Counted from the stretch's first letter, positions 1 to 11,269 are shown. The stretch is 64,000 bases of DNA from Vulcanimicrobiota bacterium (GCA_963812155.1 CAWETW010000001.1:608001-672000); one strand, 5' to 3'. Numbers and translations: made by a program. Notes: generated from the letters alone by a model not told the origin.

Positions 1-1245
1 CTCGACGCGACCGACCTCGGAGAGTTGCTGCACTTGGCGGGCGTGGAATACGCGCTCGGCGCGGAAAGCCGCGACGAAACGCACGAACCGAACGCGCCGC
101 CGGTGGCGCGGCCCGGCTGGATTCAGCCGATAACCGTTGTGGCGGCGCTGGAGCGGCGGCCCGACGGCGAAGTTCACACGATCGGCGAGCCCGCGAACTA
201 CCAGGCGCTCAAAGCACAACAGCGCTTTACGGTTCGAAGCGGTTACGTCAAAACGGTTTTTCAGACGCCCGCCGATCTGTGGGGCTACCGGCGCTATATT
301 GCCGCAGCGAATTTCAACGATCCAGCGCTTCCCTACGACTTGAGCATGCTCAACATGGGAAGCAACGACTATCAGGCCGCGGCGATTCCCACGGGCGATG
401 CCGATAAGGATACGGCGATCGTCGAAGCCGCCCGGCAGGCGACGCTCGCGTACGTGTATTGGCTGCAAACCGAGGCTCCGCGCGACGACGGCCGCGGCAG
501 CGGATATCCGAATCTGCGGCTGTGTCCCGAGGCGTTTACGACGGCCGACGGAACCGCCGCCCAGCCATACATTCGCGAGTCACGCCGCATTAAAGCGCAA
601 TACACGATCGTTCAGCAGGACGTCGATCGAGCGTCCAATCCGGGGCCGCGCGCTAGGAACTACGACGATTCGTGCGGCATCGGATTCTATGGCGCGCTCG
701 ACATTCACGGGCTGGCCGGCGCCGGCATGCCGGAACAGTGGATTCCGATCAATCCGTTCGAGATTCCGGTGCGCTCGCTGTTGCCCGTGAGGGTTACGAA
801 CTTGCTGCCCGCATGCAAGAACATCGGCACGACCCACATCACCAACGGCGCCTACCGTCTGCATCCGGTCGAATGGGCGATCGGCGAAGCGGCGGGAACG
901 CTCGCGCTCGACGCATTGGCGAACGGCATCGCGCCGGGCGGCTACCCCAGCGACGCCTCGAAGCTGCGCGCATATCAACAGCGTTTGCTGCGACGCGGCG
1001 CGCCCATATTTTGGTGGACGGACGTGCGTTTTGGCGACGACTGGTTTGCCGCGGCGCACTTGATGGGCGTTTCCGGGCTGATGAGCGGCACGGATGCTAC
1101 GATGAATTTCTATCCCGCGCAACCCTTTACGGCCGCCGCCCGCACCGCCGTCGAGCAGAAGCTCGGCCAGTCTTTCGACTGGCCGAGCGATCCGATGACG
1201 AGAAGCGCGACGGCACAATGGCTCGTCGATCAACTAGGCTGGTAG
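1..1245 (+). CDS. FAD-dependent oxidoreductase (FAD_oxidored-type), 5' truncated by window edge
   Basis: Frame is open from base 1 (LDATDLGELL). Motifs PYIRESRRI and ACKNIGTTHITNGAYRLHPVEW.IGEAAG are typical of this family. Confidence 0.8.
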   Translation, partial: LDATDLGELLHLAGVEYALGAESRDETHEPNAPPVARPGWIQPITVVAALERRPDGEVHTIGEPANYQALKAQQRFTVRSGYVKTVFQTPADLWGYRRYIAAANFNDPALPYDLSMLNMGSNDYQAAAIPTGDADKDTAIVEAARQATLAYVYWLQTEAPRDDGRGSGYPNLRLCPEAFTTADGTAAQPYIRESRRIKAQYTIVQQDVDRASNPGPRARNYDDSCGIGFYGALDIHGLAGAGMPEQWIPINPFEIPVRSLLPVRVTNLLPACKNIGTTHITNGAYRLHPVEWAIGEAAGTLALDALANGIAPGGYPSDASKLRAYQQRLLRRGAPIFWWTDVRFGDDWFAAAHLMGVSGLMSGTDATMNFYPAQPFTAAARTAVEQKLGQSFDWPSDPMTRSATAQWLVDQLGW

Positions 1246-1247
1246 CG

Positions 1248-2880
1248 TCACCGCGTATGGCGATGATGCGGGGTTCGGCGCGAACCGCCGTCTCCACCGC
1301 TGTCTCCGCCGCCGCCGTCATCTGACGAACTCGAATCGCCGGAGTCGTCGGAGCTCGAGGAATCGTCGGAGCTCGGGAATCGTCGGAACTCGAGGAATCT
1401 CGGACGAACTCGAATCGTCGGAACTCGAGGAGTCATCGGACGAACTCGAATCGTCGGAGCTCGAGGAATCGTCGGACGAACTCGGAATCGTCGGAACTCG
1501 ACGAATCGTCGGACGAACTGGAATCGTCGGAACTCGAGGAATCATCGGACGAACTCGAATCGTCGGAACTCGACGAATCATCGGACGAACTCGAATCGTC
1601 GGAACTCGACGAATCGTCGGACGAGCTGGAATCATCGGAACTCGAGGAATCGTCGGACGAACTCGAATCGTCGGAGCTCGAGGAATCGTCGGACGAACTC
1701 GAATCGTCGGAGCTCGAGGAATCGTCGGACGAACTCGAATCGTCGGAACTCGACGAATCGCCGGACGAACTCGACGATGTGCCTCCGCCTCCCGACGTCG
1801 ACGAACCGCCGCCGCCGGCAGAGCGACGACGTGCCACCGCCTCCCGACGTCGACGACACCGCCGCCGCCGGCAGAGCTCGACGACGTACCGCCGCCACCG
1901 GCAGAGCTTGACGACGTGCCGCCGCCCGCGGAACTCGACGACGTGCCGGCCGAACTCGATGACGTTGAGGTTCCGCTTCCGGCGTTAACCACGCTGAGGC
2001 GAGGGCCGTCGAGCGCGGCATTCATGCGGGCGACCTGCCCCAGCGAAAACATGACCATCACGGCATCGTCGACGTAATCCATGTAGTTCATGAACATGTC
2101 GCCGTTGGGACCGTTACTGCACGAAACGTGCGGGAACTTCGGCGTGCCGTAGTTCGGGCTCTGTTGCGTCGGCGTATCTGAAACTTGATCGGAACCGCTG
2201 CAGTCGTTCGTGTCGCCCCAGATATGAATGAGATTGAACCAGTGGCCGCACTCGTGCACGGCGGTACGGCCGAGGTTGAACGGCGCCGCGGCCGCGCCGG
2301 TGGTGCCGAACGCGGTATAGAGAATCACGACGCCGTCGGTCGCCGCCGGTCCGCCGGGGAACTGCGCGTAGCCAAGCAATCCGCCGCCCAAATTGCAGAC
2401 CCAGAAGTTCAGATACTTATCGCTCGGCCACGGATCGGCGCCGCCCTTGGCGGCCGACTTTACCGAATCGTCGGTCGAGAACGACGCGCTCGTCGTCTGC
2501 GTGCGCGTGATTCCGTTGGTCGTGGCGCCCTTGGGATCGGTGGTCGCCATGAAGAACTGAATCTGCGGATTGCCGATAACGCCCTGAAAGACCGACGGAA
2601 CGCTAGTCTGCGAGTTCTGCTTCTGATAATCGGCGTTGAGAACGGGGATTTGACTCGTGATTTGTGCGTCGGAAATGTTTTGCGCGGTCGTGTTGTACAC
2701 GACGTGAACGACGACGGGAATCTTGACGACCGCCGCACGCGACGTTCCCCTGGTACGGATGTGCGATTCGGTAAATGCTTCGATCGCCGCTCGGCGCTCG
2801 GCGTATCCCGGCACGGTCGCGAGCAGGCGCTGATGTACGTCGTACGTTCCACAAGATCGGCGGCGCGGTAGATCGGGCAT
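1248..2880 (-). CDS. M43 (pappalysin/ulilysin-like) zinc metalloprotease with Gly/Ser/Asp-rich C-terminal tail; tail frameshifted in this sequence
   Basis: Zinc motif [11 protein letters not shown], Met-turn [13 protein letters not shown] and an N-terminal RSCG cysteine switch. The SSSSDD tail continues across three frames to a stop at 1248. Confidence 0.85.
1321..1770 (-). repeat. 18-bp coding tandem repeat (Ser4-Asp2 units, roughly two dozen copies)
   Basis: Recurring GAATCGTCGG-A(A/G)CTCGA / ACGAACTC units translate as SSSSDD on the minus strand. Confidence 0.9.
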
Positions 2881-2921
2881 CGTTTATCTCCTTATCGTTT
2901 CGTCGTGAAAAACTCCGGACG

Positions 2922-3230
2922 TCATTTAGCGCGAGAAAGAACCAAGCGATCCGGCTGTGCCGAAACCACTTTGAACGTACGGCGCTGTTGAACGTCGTCG
3001 GGAATTAGATCCAATTGCCCATTGGTCAGCTGCCATTTTCCGGGACTTGGCGCGTGGGCGTCGACGGGAGATATGGCGATGTCGTTTAGCGAGCCATCCG
3101 GTTTCAGTTCGAAACCAGACCGCGTTCTGCTCGGCGGAAATTCGTAGGAAGCGGGGCGAAACACCGTCGTGTCCCCGCTGTCTTCTTCCCAGGAGTGCAT
3201 CCACGTCCCGGCGATGCTGTTGGGATCCAT
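2922..3230 (-). CDS. Small conserved hypothetical protein, lipocalin/beta-barrel-like
   Basis: MDPNSIAGTWMHSWEED...FRP...FPPSR...G.W; co-oriented 41 bp upstream of the M43 protease. Confidence 0.7.
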   Translation of the reverse strand: MDPNSIAGTWMHSWEEDSGDTTVFRPASYEFPPSRTRSGFELKPDGSLNDIAISPVDAHAPSPGKWQLTNGQLDLIPDDVQQRRTFKVVSAQPDRLVLSRAK

Positions 3231-3302
3231 CGGGACCCGCTGCGTTCCATGCAGCCGGTATGGACTCCTATTGAAGAATTTATGCCGCTCGGAACCGGGC
3301 AC

Positions 3303-3331
3303 TTGACGCCCTTAGAGCCGCTTGCTATCCT
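3303..3331 (+). promoter_or_regulatory. sigma70-type promoter
   Basis: TTGACG-17 bp-TATCCT with extended TG, upstream of the 3412 operon. Confidence 0.6.
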
Positions 3332-3411
3332 ACCATCGTAATCCTTGCACGGACGCGCTTTTTGCGTATTCGTCGCTCGCGCATAAGCCGAGCGCGGAAG
3401 GTGTGATTGCG

Positions 3412-4347
3412 ATGAATCGCCGCCTCGTGCCGATCTTCGTTGCGATCGGCATCTTTTTGACCGGATGTCGCTCGACCCCGGACCTCGCGATGGTACAAAA
3501 ATACGCCGAAACGACGGCCGCTGCGGCCGGTTCGTTCGATGCCGTTGCGGCGGACTACGGGCAGACGTGCGTGCGGGCGAACGAATACGAGATGGCACCG
3601 CGCGAGATGCCTTTCGTCGCCTTCACGCTGGCGCCGGGATATGCCGTCGCCGGTTCGCCTCCCGACCAAACGCCTGCGAATATGTTGCAGACCTGCGCCG
3701 GCGCAATTGCAATCGGCGCCGACTGGAGCCGCCACAATGCAGTCGTCCTCGGCTACGTTCAAGCACTCGGCGCGATTGCGTCGGTCGACAACGCTCCGTC
3801 GTTTCAACCGCTCGGAAACGCTCTCGTGGCGCCGGGATTGCTCAGCCAACCTCAGAGCGATGCATTTTCGAGCCTCGCCAATCATATCGCGAACTTCTTC
3901 ATCGTTCAAACGCAACAGCGCGACATTGCCGCGCTCGTCGTACAGGTGGATCCCGATCTCAAAACGGCGATCGACTCTCTGAAGATCGTCGCTTCGAACT
4001 ATTCGGTAAAGCTTTCCACCGAATACGACGTGACGTTCGGATTCTACAACGGGCTGATTCGCTCGGAAATCGGCTCGCGGCCGCCCGCGCAAGGAAAGCT
4101 TCCGCTCAAGCTCAAGGAGCGCATTCTGCGGCAACGCGCCGCAATGATCGCCGCGCTGCGGGCGATCAACGCAAAACGTGCCGCCTCGATCGCTTATGCA
4201 AAGGCGCTCGATTCTATTTACGCGACCCACGAGCAGCTCAAGAATAGCAGCGAACACCCCTCCACCGACGATCTCGTCAAGGCCGTCGAACAAAATCTTG
4301 CGACGTTTGCCGGCGATATCGCCACAATTCAACAGGCGGTGCGATAA
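3412..4347 (+). CDS. Hypothetical helical lipoprotein
   Basis: Signal peptide MNRRLVPIFVAIGIFLTG-C (lipobox); Ala-rich helical body. Confidence 0.75.
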   Translation: MNRRLVPIFVAIGIFLTGCRSTPDLAMVQKYAETTAAAAGSFDAVAADYGQTCVRANEYEMAPREMPFVAFTLAPGYAVAGSPPDQTPANMLQTCAGAIAIGADWSRHNAVVLGYVQALGAIASVDNAPSFQPLGNALVAPGLLSQPQSDAFSSLANHIANFFIVQTQQRDIAALVVQVDPDLKTAIDSLKIVASNYSVKLSTEYDVTFGFYNGLIRSEIGSRPPAQGKLPLKLKERILRQRAAMIAALRAINAKRAASIAYAKALDSIYATHEQLKNSSEHPSTDDLVKAVEQNLATFAGDIATIQQAVR

Positions 4348-4754
4348 TGGCAGCAGGTGCTCTCGACGCGCTTCAAGTCGCACAGCTCGCGCAAGACTTC
4401 GCGAGCCTCTCGTCGGTGCCGAGAAACATTCTCAACGATCCGAACTTCAACCTCACGGCCGGACAGGTCGCGACCTTGAACAGCGACATGACGACCCTGG
4501 GAAACATCGCTTCGAGCCTCGCCGATTGGTCGTCGAAAATCGCGTTCGACGATGCGGCGAAAGCGTTCTCGAACATTTCGTCCGCAACCAAAACTGGAAA
4601 CGCTCAGGCACACGCGTTGCAAGCCGACGTCTCGAAACTGTCGAAGGTCATTACCATTTTGGGGAAGGCGGTCGCCCTCGGGATCGCGTTTAGCACCGGC
4701 GGCGCATTCGCGGTGATAGCCGCAGCCGCGTCGCTCGCTCAAGCGGCGGCGTAA
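4347..4754 (+). CDS. Hypothetical protein (amphipathic helices, hydrophobic C-terminus)
   Basis: TAATG stop/start overlap with the upstream gene. Confidence 0.7.
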   Translation: MAAGALDALQVAQLAQDFASLSSVPRNILNDPNFNLTAGQVATLNSDMTTLGNIASSLADWSSKIAFDDAAKAFSNISSATKTGNAQAHALQADVSKLSKVITILGKAVALGIAFSTGGAFAVIAAAASLAQAAA

Positions 4755-4758
4755 CGCG

Positions 4759-5514
4759 GTGCAGCCGGCGCCGGGGACGACTTTCAAAGATTTCCGGCTC
4801 TACGGCCGCGCATCCGAACTCACGCCGCCGCGCGACGTGTATTGCGCCGGGTCCGGGCCGCCGGTGATCGTTTTCCACGAACTGTACGGCGCGTCACCGG
4901 AAGACTTCGCATTTGCGGGGCGGCTCGTCGACGCGGGCTTTACGGTTTTCGTGCCGGTTCTGTTCGGCAAGCCGAACGCACGCGGCTTGGGCTTTTTCTG
5001 CGTCGCCCACGAGTTCGCGGTTCTTTCCTCGTGCCGCTCGAGCCCGATGGCGGAGTGGGGACGCTCGCTCGGGCGTCTCATCTCCCAGGATTTCGGGGGA
5101 CGGGGAATCGGCGCGATCGGGCTGTGCCTCACGGGCGGCTTCGCCCTAACGATGATGCTCGATCCGTGGGTTTTGGCGCCGGTCGTATCCGAACCGGCGC
5201 TCCCGTTTGGGCTGACGACTTCGCTGAAGTCGGCGCTTCCGCTTTCGTGCGAAGACGTGAGCGCCATACGGCAGCGCATTGCCGCGGGCGCCGAAATCCT
5301 CGCGTTTCGGTTCGCCGGCGATTGGATATCGCCGGAACTTCGCGACCTGACGCTGCGCTCGACGTTCGACAACGTTCGCGGAAACGGCCGGCTCAAGCCG
5401 ACGTGCCCGCACGCGCACGCGGTGTTCACCACGCACTACCGCGATACACCCGGCTCGTCCACGCGGGCCGCCTACGACGAACTCATCGCCTTTCTGAACG
5501 AGAAGTTGGGATGA
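4759..5514 (+). CDS. Dienelactone hydrolase family protein
   Basis: VFHELYG, GAIGLCLTGG (Cys nucleophile elbow), AHAVFT. Confidence 0.8.
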   Translation: MQPAPGTTFKDFRLYGRASELTPPRDVYCAGSGPPVIVFHELYGASPEDFAFAGRLVDAGFTVFVPVLFGKPNARGLGFFCVAHEFAVLSSCRSSPMAEWGRSLGRLISQDFGGRGIGAIGLCLTGGFALTMMLDPWVLAPVVSEPALPFGLTTSLKSALPLSCEDVSAIRQRIAAGAEILAFRFAGDWISPELRDLTLRSTFDNVRGNGRLKPTCPHAHAVFTTHYRDTPGSSTRAAYDELIAFLNEKLG

Positions 5515-7149
5515 CACAAAACAAAACCGCGGTCGTCGTGATTCACGGCATCCATCCGACGGCCCGCTTCGAGATTCAAGACCTGTTCGGTACGCAGCTG
5601 CACCGGCGCCTTAACGAGATGCCGGGCGGCCACGAGTGGAAACTAAATATTCTCTGGCCGAAGATTGCGAAACCAAACGCGGACCCGGGCGATGTTCATG
5701 CGACCGCGTTGCGGGTCTGCGAACGCACGGATAACGCCGACGATCCCAAACGGTCGTACTTTGACGTTTTCGAAGCCTACTGGAGCCCGATCGATAAGAA
5801 TCAGACGACGGTCGGCAAGATGCTGGCGTGGCTCGCCGACGCGATGTTCGTTCCGCTCAATGCCAGCGCTCGGCTGTACTCCAGCTTTCGGGAAAGTGGC
5901 GTTCGATCTCGTCTTGCTGGTAGCCGTTTTGGCGATCAGCCTCGCCTTTCTGCTTGCGGCCATATGGGCAGCCGATTGGGGCTACAATATTTTCTCCTAC
6001 GCAGCGGCTTGTGCATTGAACAACCACGCGCCGCAATGCGGAACTGGGGTACCGTCGCTCTTCGACTTCACCTTGCACCCTATATCATCGCTGCAGAAAT
6101 TCGCATGGCCGGCAATCGCTTACGTCGCCGTACTCTTTATCGGCGCGTACGCCGCGACACAATTAGACTATCAGCCTCTATCATACTTGTGCGGAGTCTT
6201 ACCGGCGCAAGCGGGTAAGCCGGACGGCTCCCGGAGTGCTCGAGCCGCGTCGGCTCTGGCGAGTGTGGTTCATGGCTTTGCTTGCAATCGTAGCCGGTTT
6301 CGGCCTTAGGGTGGTGGCCGTGGTTCAGACCTTTCGTGCCGGATCCGACCCACCGGCTCATGTGGGCGCACACTAACGGTGGTTGCAATCGTCGGCTTCT
6401 TTCGAGCGGCGTTGGGCACGCTCAACGAGTTTTTCGTTAACACGCTCGGCGACGTGCAAATATATACCACGCACGATGAAAACTCGGCGTTTTACAAGTT
6501 TCGCAAAGAGATCGTCGAGCTCGTCGAAGGGGTGATTCTCCAGGTTTTGCGTGCCGAATCCGGCCCGCGTCGACGCTGGAGGTGGACCCGTTCCAGCCGA
6601 CGGTTTTTGCCATACGCGGCGTCAACGATCCCACGCCGCTCTACGATCGGGTCGTCGTCGCGGCGCATAGCCTCGGATCGACGATCGGCTGGACGCCTTC
6701 TTAGCGTCCACGAGCTGACGCAGGAGGGTGGCGTTACTTCCGGAGCAATGGAATCGCGTCCGCGCGTTCGTCACGTTTGGCTCGTCGCTCGAAAAGACGA
6801 AGTTCTTCTTCGACGTAAAACAGCCGACGGTTTCGGCTTCGGCGGATCATTGGCGCAACGACGTCTACGGCAAGCTCTTCACCGAACGATTTTGCATTCG
6901 TCAGCTCCGACCCCGCGACACCGAATGTTTTGGGCGAACCACTGGTACTTTACCGACCTCGTCGCCAATCACATCGAATCCTATACGGACGGCGCCACGA
7001 CGCAGATTTGCGAAAATACGCGGTTAAAGTCAAGTTTTCACTCTTGTCATCCGTGGGTGCACAGCGATTACCTTTGGGACGAAAACTTCTGGCGCCGCCC
7101 CGACGATTCGAAGACGCACGGCATGCTCGACGTGCTGCTGTTAGATTAG
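5511..7149 (+). CDS. Membrane-associated alpha/beta-hydrolase-like protein, multiple frameshifts in this sequence
   Basis: ATGA coupling. Motifs VVVIHGI, EAYWSP, hydrophobic segments, GDVQIY, VVVAAHSLGS (~6651-6680), FVTFGSSLEK and WVHSDY are spread over different frames. Confidence 0.6.
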
Positions 7150-7293
7150 GGCCGCCCTTCGACTTCGCATCGAACTGCGTTCGATGCTGCGCTCAGGGTG
7201 ACACCGTAAAGGATGCTCGCGCTCGGGCCGCCCTTCGACTTCGCGTCGAACCTCGTTCGATGCTGCGCTCAGGGTGACACTGTAAAGGATGCT
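7149..7293 (+). repeat. Two tandem REP-like elements (76-bp period)
   Basis: GGGCCGCCCTTCGACTTCGC-hairpin-GCTGCGCTCAGGGTGACAC.GTAAAGGATGCT at 7149 and 7225, between convergent genes. Confidence 0.85.
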
Positions 7294-7297
7294 GCGC

Positions 7298-8074
7298 TTA
7301 GTGTGAGACGTTTTGTGAGGCGATCCATTCGTTGTAGGCTTGACGCTCGAGCGGAGGCATAATCGTACCGGGCGGCAGCGTGTAGCCGGCTTCCGGCAAC
7401 GGAAACGGCATTGGATGCGGCGGTTCGTGGAACGGATCCGTCGCGGGCTCGTAACAGACCGGCCACGGGATCGACCCTTCTTCCGAAGCGCCGCTGGGAT
7501 ACGTGTACTCGTAGCGCGCGTAATAGCAGTCGAGTCCGCGCTCGTGCCAGCTTCGCACCGGAAAGATGAGACCGTTTCCGTGCGACTCGCCGTTGTTGTA
7601 ACGCGCCGCGTCGAACGAGTACGATTTCGACCCCGATTCCGCCGACGCGGGATCGATCGTGGGAATCGCGTGCGGATCGTTGCGCCGGTTAAGTTGCGCC
7701 ACTTCTTGCGCAAACGCCGTGCGATCGCGTTCGATCGACGACACGCCGGCCTTATGCGGGCGTTCGGGCGGCGGCTGGGGAGGTGCCTCGATATTTTCCT
7801 TTGCGAGCTCGTGGCGTGCCGGAGCCGGCGGCGGAAGACTCGTCGGTTTACGAATCGCGTGATGCTGCACCGAGCGTTTCCGTACGACCGGTGCCGGGTG
7901 TTCGATCGCAATCGCCGTCGTGTCGGAAATGCGCTCGCGGCTGCCTTCCGGCGTGATGACGATTCGCGCGAACGCGTAAAACAGCAGCGAAAGCACAACG
8001 ACGTGCAGCACCGCCGAAATCAAGGCCGACCAGGCTAACGTTTTCCGGCGCCCGCGGCGCCTGCCGGAGATCAA
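7298..8074 (-). CDS. Membrane-anchored Pro-rich protein (TonB/TolA-like N-terminus)
   Basis: Single TM helix with S-x3-H (SAVLH), Pro-rich linker, unrecognised C-terminal domain. Confidence 0.55.
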   Translation of the reverse strand: MISGRRRGRRKTLAWSALISAVLHVVVLSLLFYAFARIVITPEGSRERISDTTAIAIEHPAPVVRKRSVQHHAIRKPTSLPPPAPARHELAKENIEAPPQPPPERPHKAGVSSIERDRTAFAQEVAQLNRRNDPHAIPTIDPASAESGSKSYSFDAARYNNGESHGNGLIFPVRSWHERGLDCYYARYEYTYPSGASEEGSIPWPVCYEPATDPFHEPPHPMPFPLPEAGYTLPPGTIMPPLERQAYNEWIASQNVSH

Positions 8075-8134
8075 ATTGCCGTGCTCCTCCGAGGGTACCT
8101 TACGCTCGGCGGCTGAGAAGGCGCACAGCGCGCG

Positions 8135-9472
8135 TTACTGGGCGTCGGGGATGCGCGAGTCGTCCGGCTGGGTGCGGAAATACATCGCGTTCTGCGGCGC
8201 TTCGATCGGCACGAACTTGCGGGGCGGCCGCGCGAAGTTGAGGCAATCGGCGGCCGGTGACGTGGCGCGCGCGTCCGGCACGGAGAGTTGAGGCAAGCCG
8301 AACAAGTCTTCGGCAAAACGCAGCACGCTGGCGGTTTCGTATTGCACGTGGGTGACGTAGTTTTGCTTGGCATAGGGCGAGATGACGATTAGCGGCACTC
8401 GGAAGCCCAAGCCGTCGTACGACTTATGCGGCGGCGGAACGTGATCGTAGAAACCGCCCCAATCGTCCCATTGCACGAAAATCACCGTCGAATCCCAGAA
8501 CTGGCTTTGGCCGACCGCATTGACGACCGACGCCACCCACGACGGCCCTTGCCCGCCTCCGCAGTCGCTATGATCGGATTCGCGGCAGAGCGGCGTAATC
8601 CACGTAAAGTTTGCGAGTTTTCCATTGGCGACGTCGGTGAGAAACGTCTTTTGCGGCGTGATGACGTCGGTCTTCCAATCGGGTCCGCGGAAGATGTGCC
8701 GAACCGCCTGATACCCCGACCAGAGTCCGGAGAACGGCGTCCGGAACGTGCTCGTATAGAAACGCCACGATAATCCCGCCGAGTCGAGCTCGTCTCCGAG
8801 CGTTGGATAGTCGAAACAGGCGCGCTGCTCGCCGCCGTAAGTGCGCTGCTGCGTCAACGTTTCGACGTCGTCGGTTTTGCCGCCGCCGCAACCCCAATAG
8901 AAAAACGGTACGTTGACGCTCGATTGTGCTTGCGCGGCGATGATGTATTGATGCGCGACGAAACTTTCGTCGAGTTGCGAAGCGAACATCTTGTCGGCCA
9001 GCACCCACTCGTGCGCCATGTCCCAGTAGGGCTTCGATTCGTTCTGCGGCACGTAGGCGAACATGCCTTGCGGCGGCCCGTTATATTGACGTTCTTGGTC
9101 GAAGCCGTCCATCCGGCACTGCGTGCCGGGAAGTTTGCCCTTCCCATGACACGCATGAAACATCGCTTCGGAGGAGTGGTCGACTTCGTAGGCGGCTTTC
9201 AGCGAGATGGCCTGCAGCGGAATGGTCTTGCCGCTCGAATTCTTTGCGCTCGAGACCGTATCGGCGCCGGGATATTTTTGGAAGAGATCGTCGAAACTGC
9301 GGTTTTCCTGCACGACCCAAATGACGTGTTGGATTTTTCCCGCGCCGGTCGCATTGAGTCTCGTGAGAACGGCGGTTTGCTCGAGCGGCAGCGGCCGCAC
9401 ACTCGGCGAGGCCGAGCATGCAACGATCAGCAGCGATGCGCATATCGCCGCCGTACGATGAAACCGTTTCAC
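8135..9472 (-). CDS. Phosphoesterase / phospholipase C family lipoprotein (alkaline phosphatase superfamily)
   Basis: [33 protein letters not shown]; lipobox LIVAC; probable GTG start at 9472. Confidence 0.85.
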   Translation of the reverse strand: MKRFHRTAAICASLLIVACSASPSVRPLPLEQTAVLTRLNATGAGKIQHVIWVVQENRSFDDLFQKYPGADTVSSAKNSSGKTIPLQAISLKAAYEVDHSSEAMFHACHGKGKLPGTQCRMDGFDQERQYNGPPQGMFAYVPQNESKPYWDMAHEWVLADKMFASQLDESFVAHQYIIAAQAQSSVNVPFFYWGCGGGKTDDVETLTQQRTYGGEQRACFDYPTLGDELDSAGLSWRFYTSTFRTPFSGLWSGYQAVRHIFRGPDWKTDVITPQKTFLTDVANGKLANFTWITPLCRESDHSDCGGGQGPSWVASVVNAVGQSQFWDSTVIFVQWDDWGGFYDHVPPPHKSYDGLGFRVPLIVISPYAKQNYVTHVQYETASVLRFAEDLFGLPQLSVPDARATSPAADCLNFARPPRKFVPIEAPQNAMYFRTQPDDSRIPDAQ

Positions 9473-9628
9473 AATGCGGCGAAATGCCACGCGGCGCAAT
9501 GCATTCCTTTCAGCATTCGGGAGGTCGCCTCGGCTAGTAAGCAAGCAAGCGGAAGGGCCATCCTCAGCGGTTTCTAATACAGCCATCCCCGAGACAAAAT
9601 AACTCTTCTTAGTCCTAAGGAGTTTCTT

Positions 9629-10891
9629 GTGAATCGATGGTGTAAACTCGCGGCACCGCTGGTGGCGGTGCTCGCAATGGCCGCTTGTAATGCAGGCGGT
9701 TCTTCGAACATGCCGGCATCGGGCGGCGTTCAGGCCGTCTCTCCCATGTTCAAGCACACTGTTCCCGAGTGGGAAGCAAAACATCAGGCGAAGCGGATGT
9801 GTCCGACGCTTGAGGGAAAATTCTCCTGTTTGGCGCTTCGAGTGGGAGCCGGCGACATCGTACCCGCCTGTTCGCCTACCGGTGGCTGCGGCTTCACGCC
9901 GCAACAGCTCGAGACCGCCTATGGTCTCACGCCCGTGATTGGCCACGGAGCCGGCACGAAAGTAGCGCTCATCGAAGCCGGCGATTATGCCGCGGCGACG
10001 TCCGATCTCGCAACCTATCGCACCCAGTTCGGCCTCGGCACCGGCAATCTCACCCGATATAATGAGAACGGGCAGACGTCGAACTACCCGCCGACCTGCC
10101 GCAACTACGGCTGGTGCTTCGAGACGGCGCTCGATATCGACATGGTTTCGGCGTCGTGTCCGCAGTGCACGATCTATCTCATGGAAGCTAAGGGCGGGAT
10201 CAGCGACTTCGAACAAGCCGAGAAGTCAGCCGTGACGCTGGGCGCGACCATTCTCAGCAATAGCTGGAGCTGCCCCAACGATTGGGATTGCGGCGATTCG
10301 AACTTCCCGAACTTCTTCAACACCCCCGGCATTGCGTATCTCGCTTCGACCGGCGACAATGCCTACAACACGATCGGCGCTCCGTCGGACCTCGATACCG
10401 TCATCGGTGTGGGCGGAACGCAACTTGCAACCAGCGGCAGCGGCTTCACGGAAAGCATCTGGTCCGGCGCGTCCGCAGGCTGCGCGGATATGGCCGTGGT
10501 CGGCGCCAACGTTCCCAAGCCCTCGTGGCAGCACGACAAGGGCTGCACCAGCCGAACCGACGGCGATATCTCGTCGCAGTCGGGTTGCTCGCCGGGCGTC
10601 GCGATCTACAGCGGCGTCTACGGTGGCTGGAACGGCGCATGCGGCACGAGCGTTGCATCGCCTTTCCTCGCCGGCGTCATCGCGCTGAAAGGTAACGCGG
10701 CGCACATGAACGGCGGCGAACACTTCTGGAAACTCAGGGTGCAATCGCGGAACAATAACCTGCACGCGATAACCACCGGCAACGACGGCAGTTGTGGCGG
10801 AAGCTACCTCTGCACCGCCGGCACCGGTCAGTTCAAGACGTACTCCGGCCCGGGCGGCTGGGGCTCGCCGAAGAACGATAAGGCCTTCTAA
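9629..10891 (+). CDS. S53/S8 family serine peptidase, lipoprotein
   Basis: [33 protein letters not shown]; lipobox MAAC. Confidence 0.85.
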   Translation: MNRWCKLAAPLVAVLAMAACNAGGSSNMPASGGVQAVSPMFKHTVPEWEAKHQAKRMCPTLEGKFSCLALRVGAGDIVPACSPTGGCGFTPQQLETAYGLTPVIGHGAGTKVALIEAGDYAAATSDLATYRTQFGLGTGNLTRYNENGQTSNYPPTCRNYGWCFETALDIDMVSASCPQCTIYLMEAKGGISDFEQAEKSAVTLGATILSNSWSCPNDWDCGDSNFPNFFNTPGIAYLASTGDNAYNTIGAPSDLDTVIGVGGTQLATSGSGFTESIWSGASAGCADMAVVGANVPKPSWQHDKGCTSRTDGDISSQSGCSPGVAIYSGVYGGWNGACGTSVASPFLAGVIALKGNAAHMNGGEHFWKLRVQSRNNNLHAITTGNDGSCGGSYLCTAGTGQFKTYSGPGGWGSPKNDKAF

Positions 10892-10914
10892 AATCAAGGC
10901 ACTACGTCCAACGC

Positions 10915-10949
10915 AAGGGCGGGCGCGAAAGCGTCCGCCCTTTTTATTT
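10915..10949 (+). terminator. Rho-independent terminator
   Basis: AAGGGCGGGCGC-GAAA-GCGTCCGCCCTT followed by TTTATTT. Confidence 0.85.
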
Positions 10950-10997
10950 GTGTGGGTCAATCGTAAGGGTCGTCGCTTTCCCGGCCGCCTCACCGAG

Positions 10998-11269
10998 CGC
11001 ATAATCAAATGCAGATCTCGATTATTTATGCGATGGTTCAGCGCGTGACCGGTCGCAACTAGACGTCCCTTCACAGGGAACGGTCTTGGGGGTACCAAGG
11101 CGGAGGCCCGTTCTCGAGCGATCGGGGCGGGCCTCTTGCACGAAAAGGGAACGAACCGGGCCGCAGCTGCGTTTATCGAGTAGTGCGGTTGCGCGATGAA
11201 CGCAGCCGGCGCTTTTCATTGGCCCGCAGCTGACATGAACGAGGGGGACAGATGCGGGCCTTCGTTTTT
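10998..11269 (+). ncRNA. Candidate structured RNA / regulatory leader
   Basis: Six hairpins in a 460-bp intergenic region; G-U pairs favour the + strand; the last hairpin is followed by TTCGTTTTT. Confidence 0.35.

Noticed and set aside
1321..1770. Tandem array as CRISPR or non-coding satellite
   Set aside because: 18-bp period with synonymous variation encoding SSSSDD within the protease tail.
8135..10216. 693-aa version of the phosphoesterase (likewise the 692-aa hutH)
   Set aside because: The extensions overlap neighbouring real genes; signal peptide or homology places the starts at 9472 and 27861.
11140..11175. Cobalamin riboswitch (AAGGGAA...CCGG...GCAGCTG)
   Set aside because: Only fragments resemble the consensus; the B12 box and T-loop spacing are absent and the downstream gene is unrelated.
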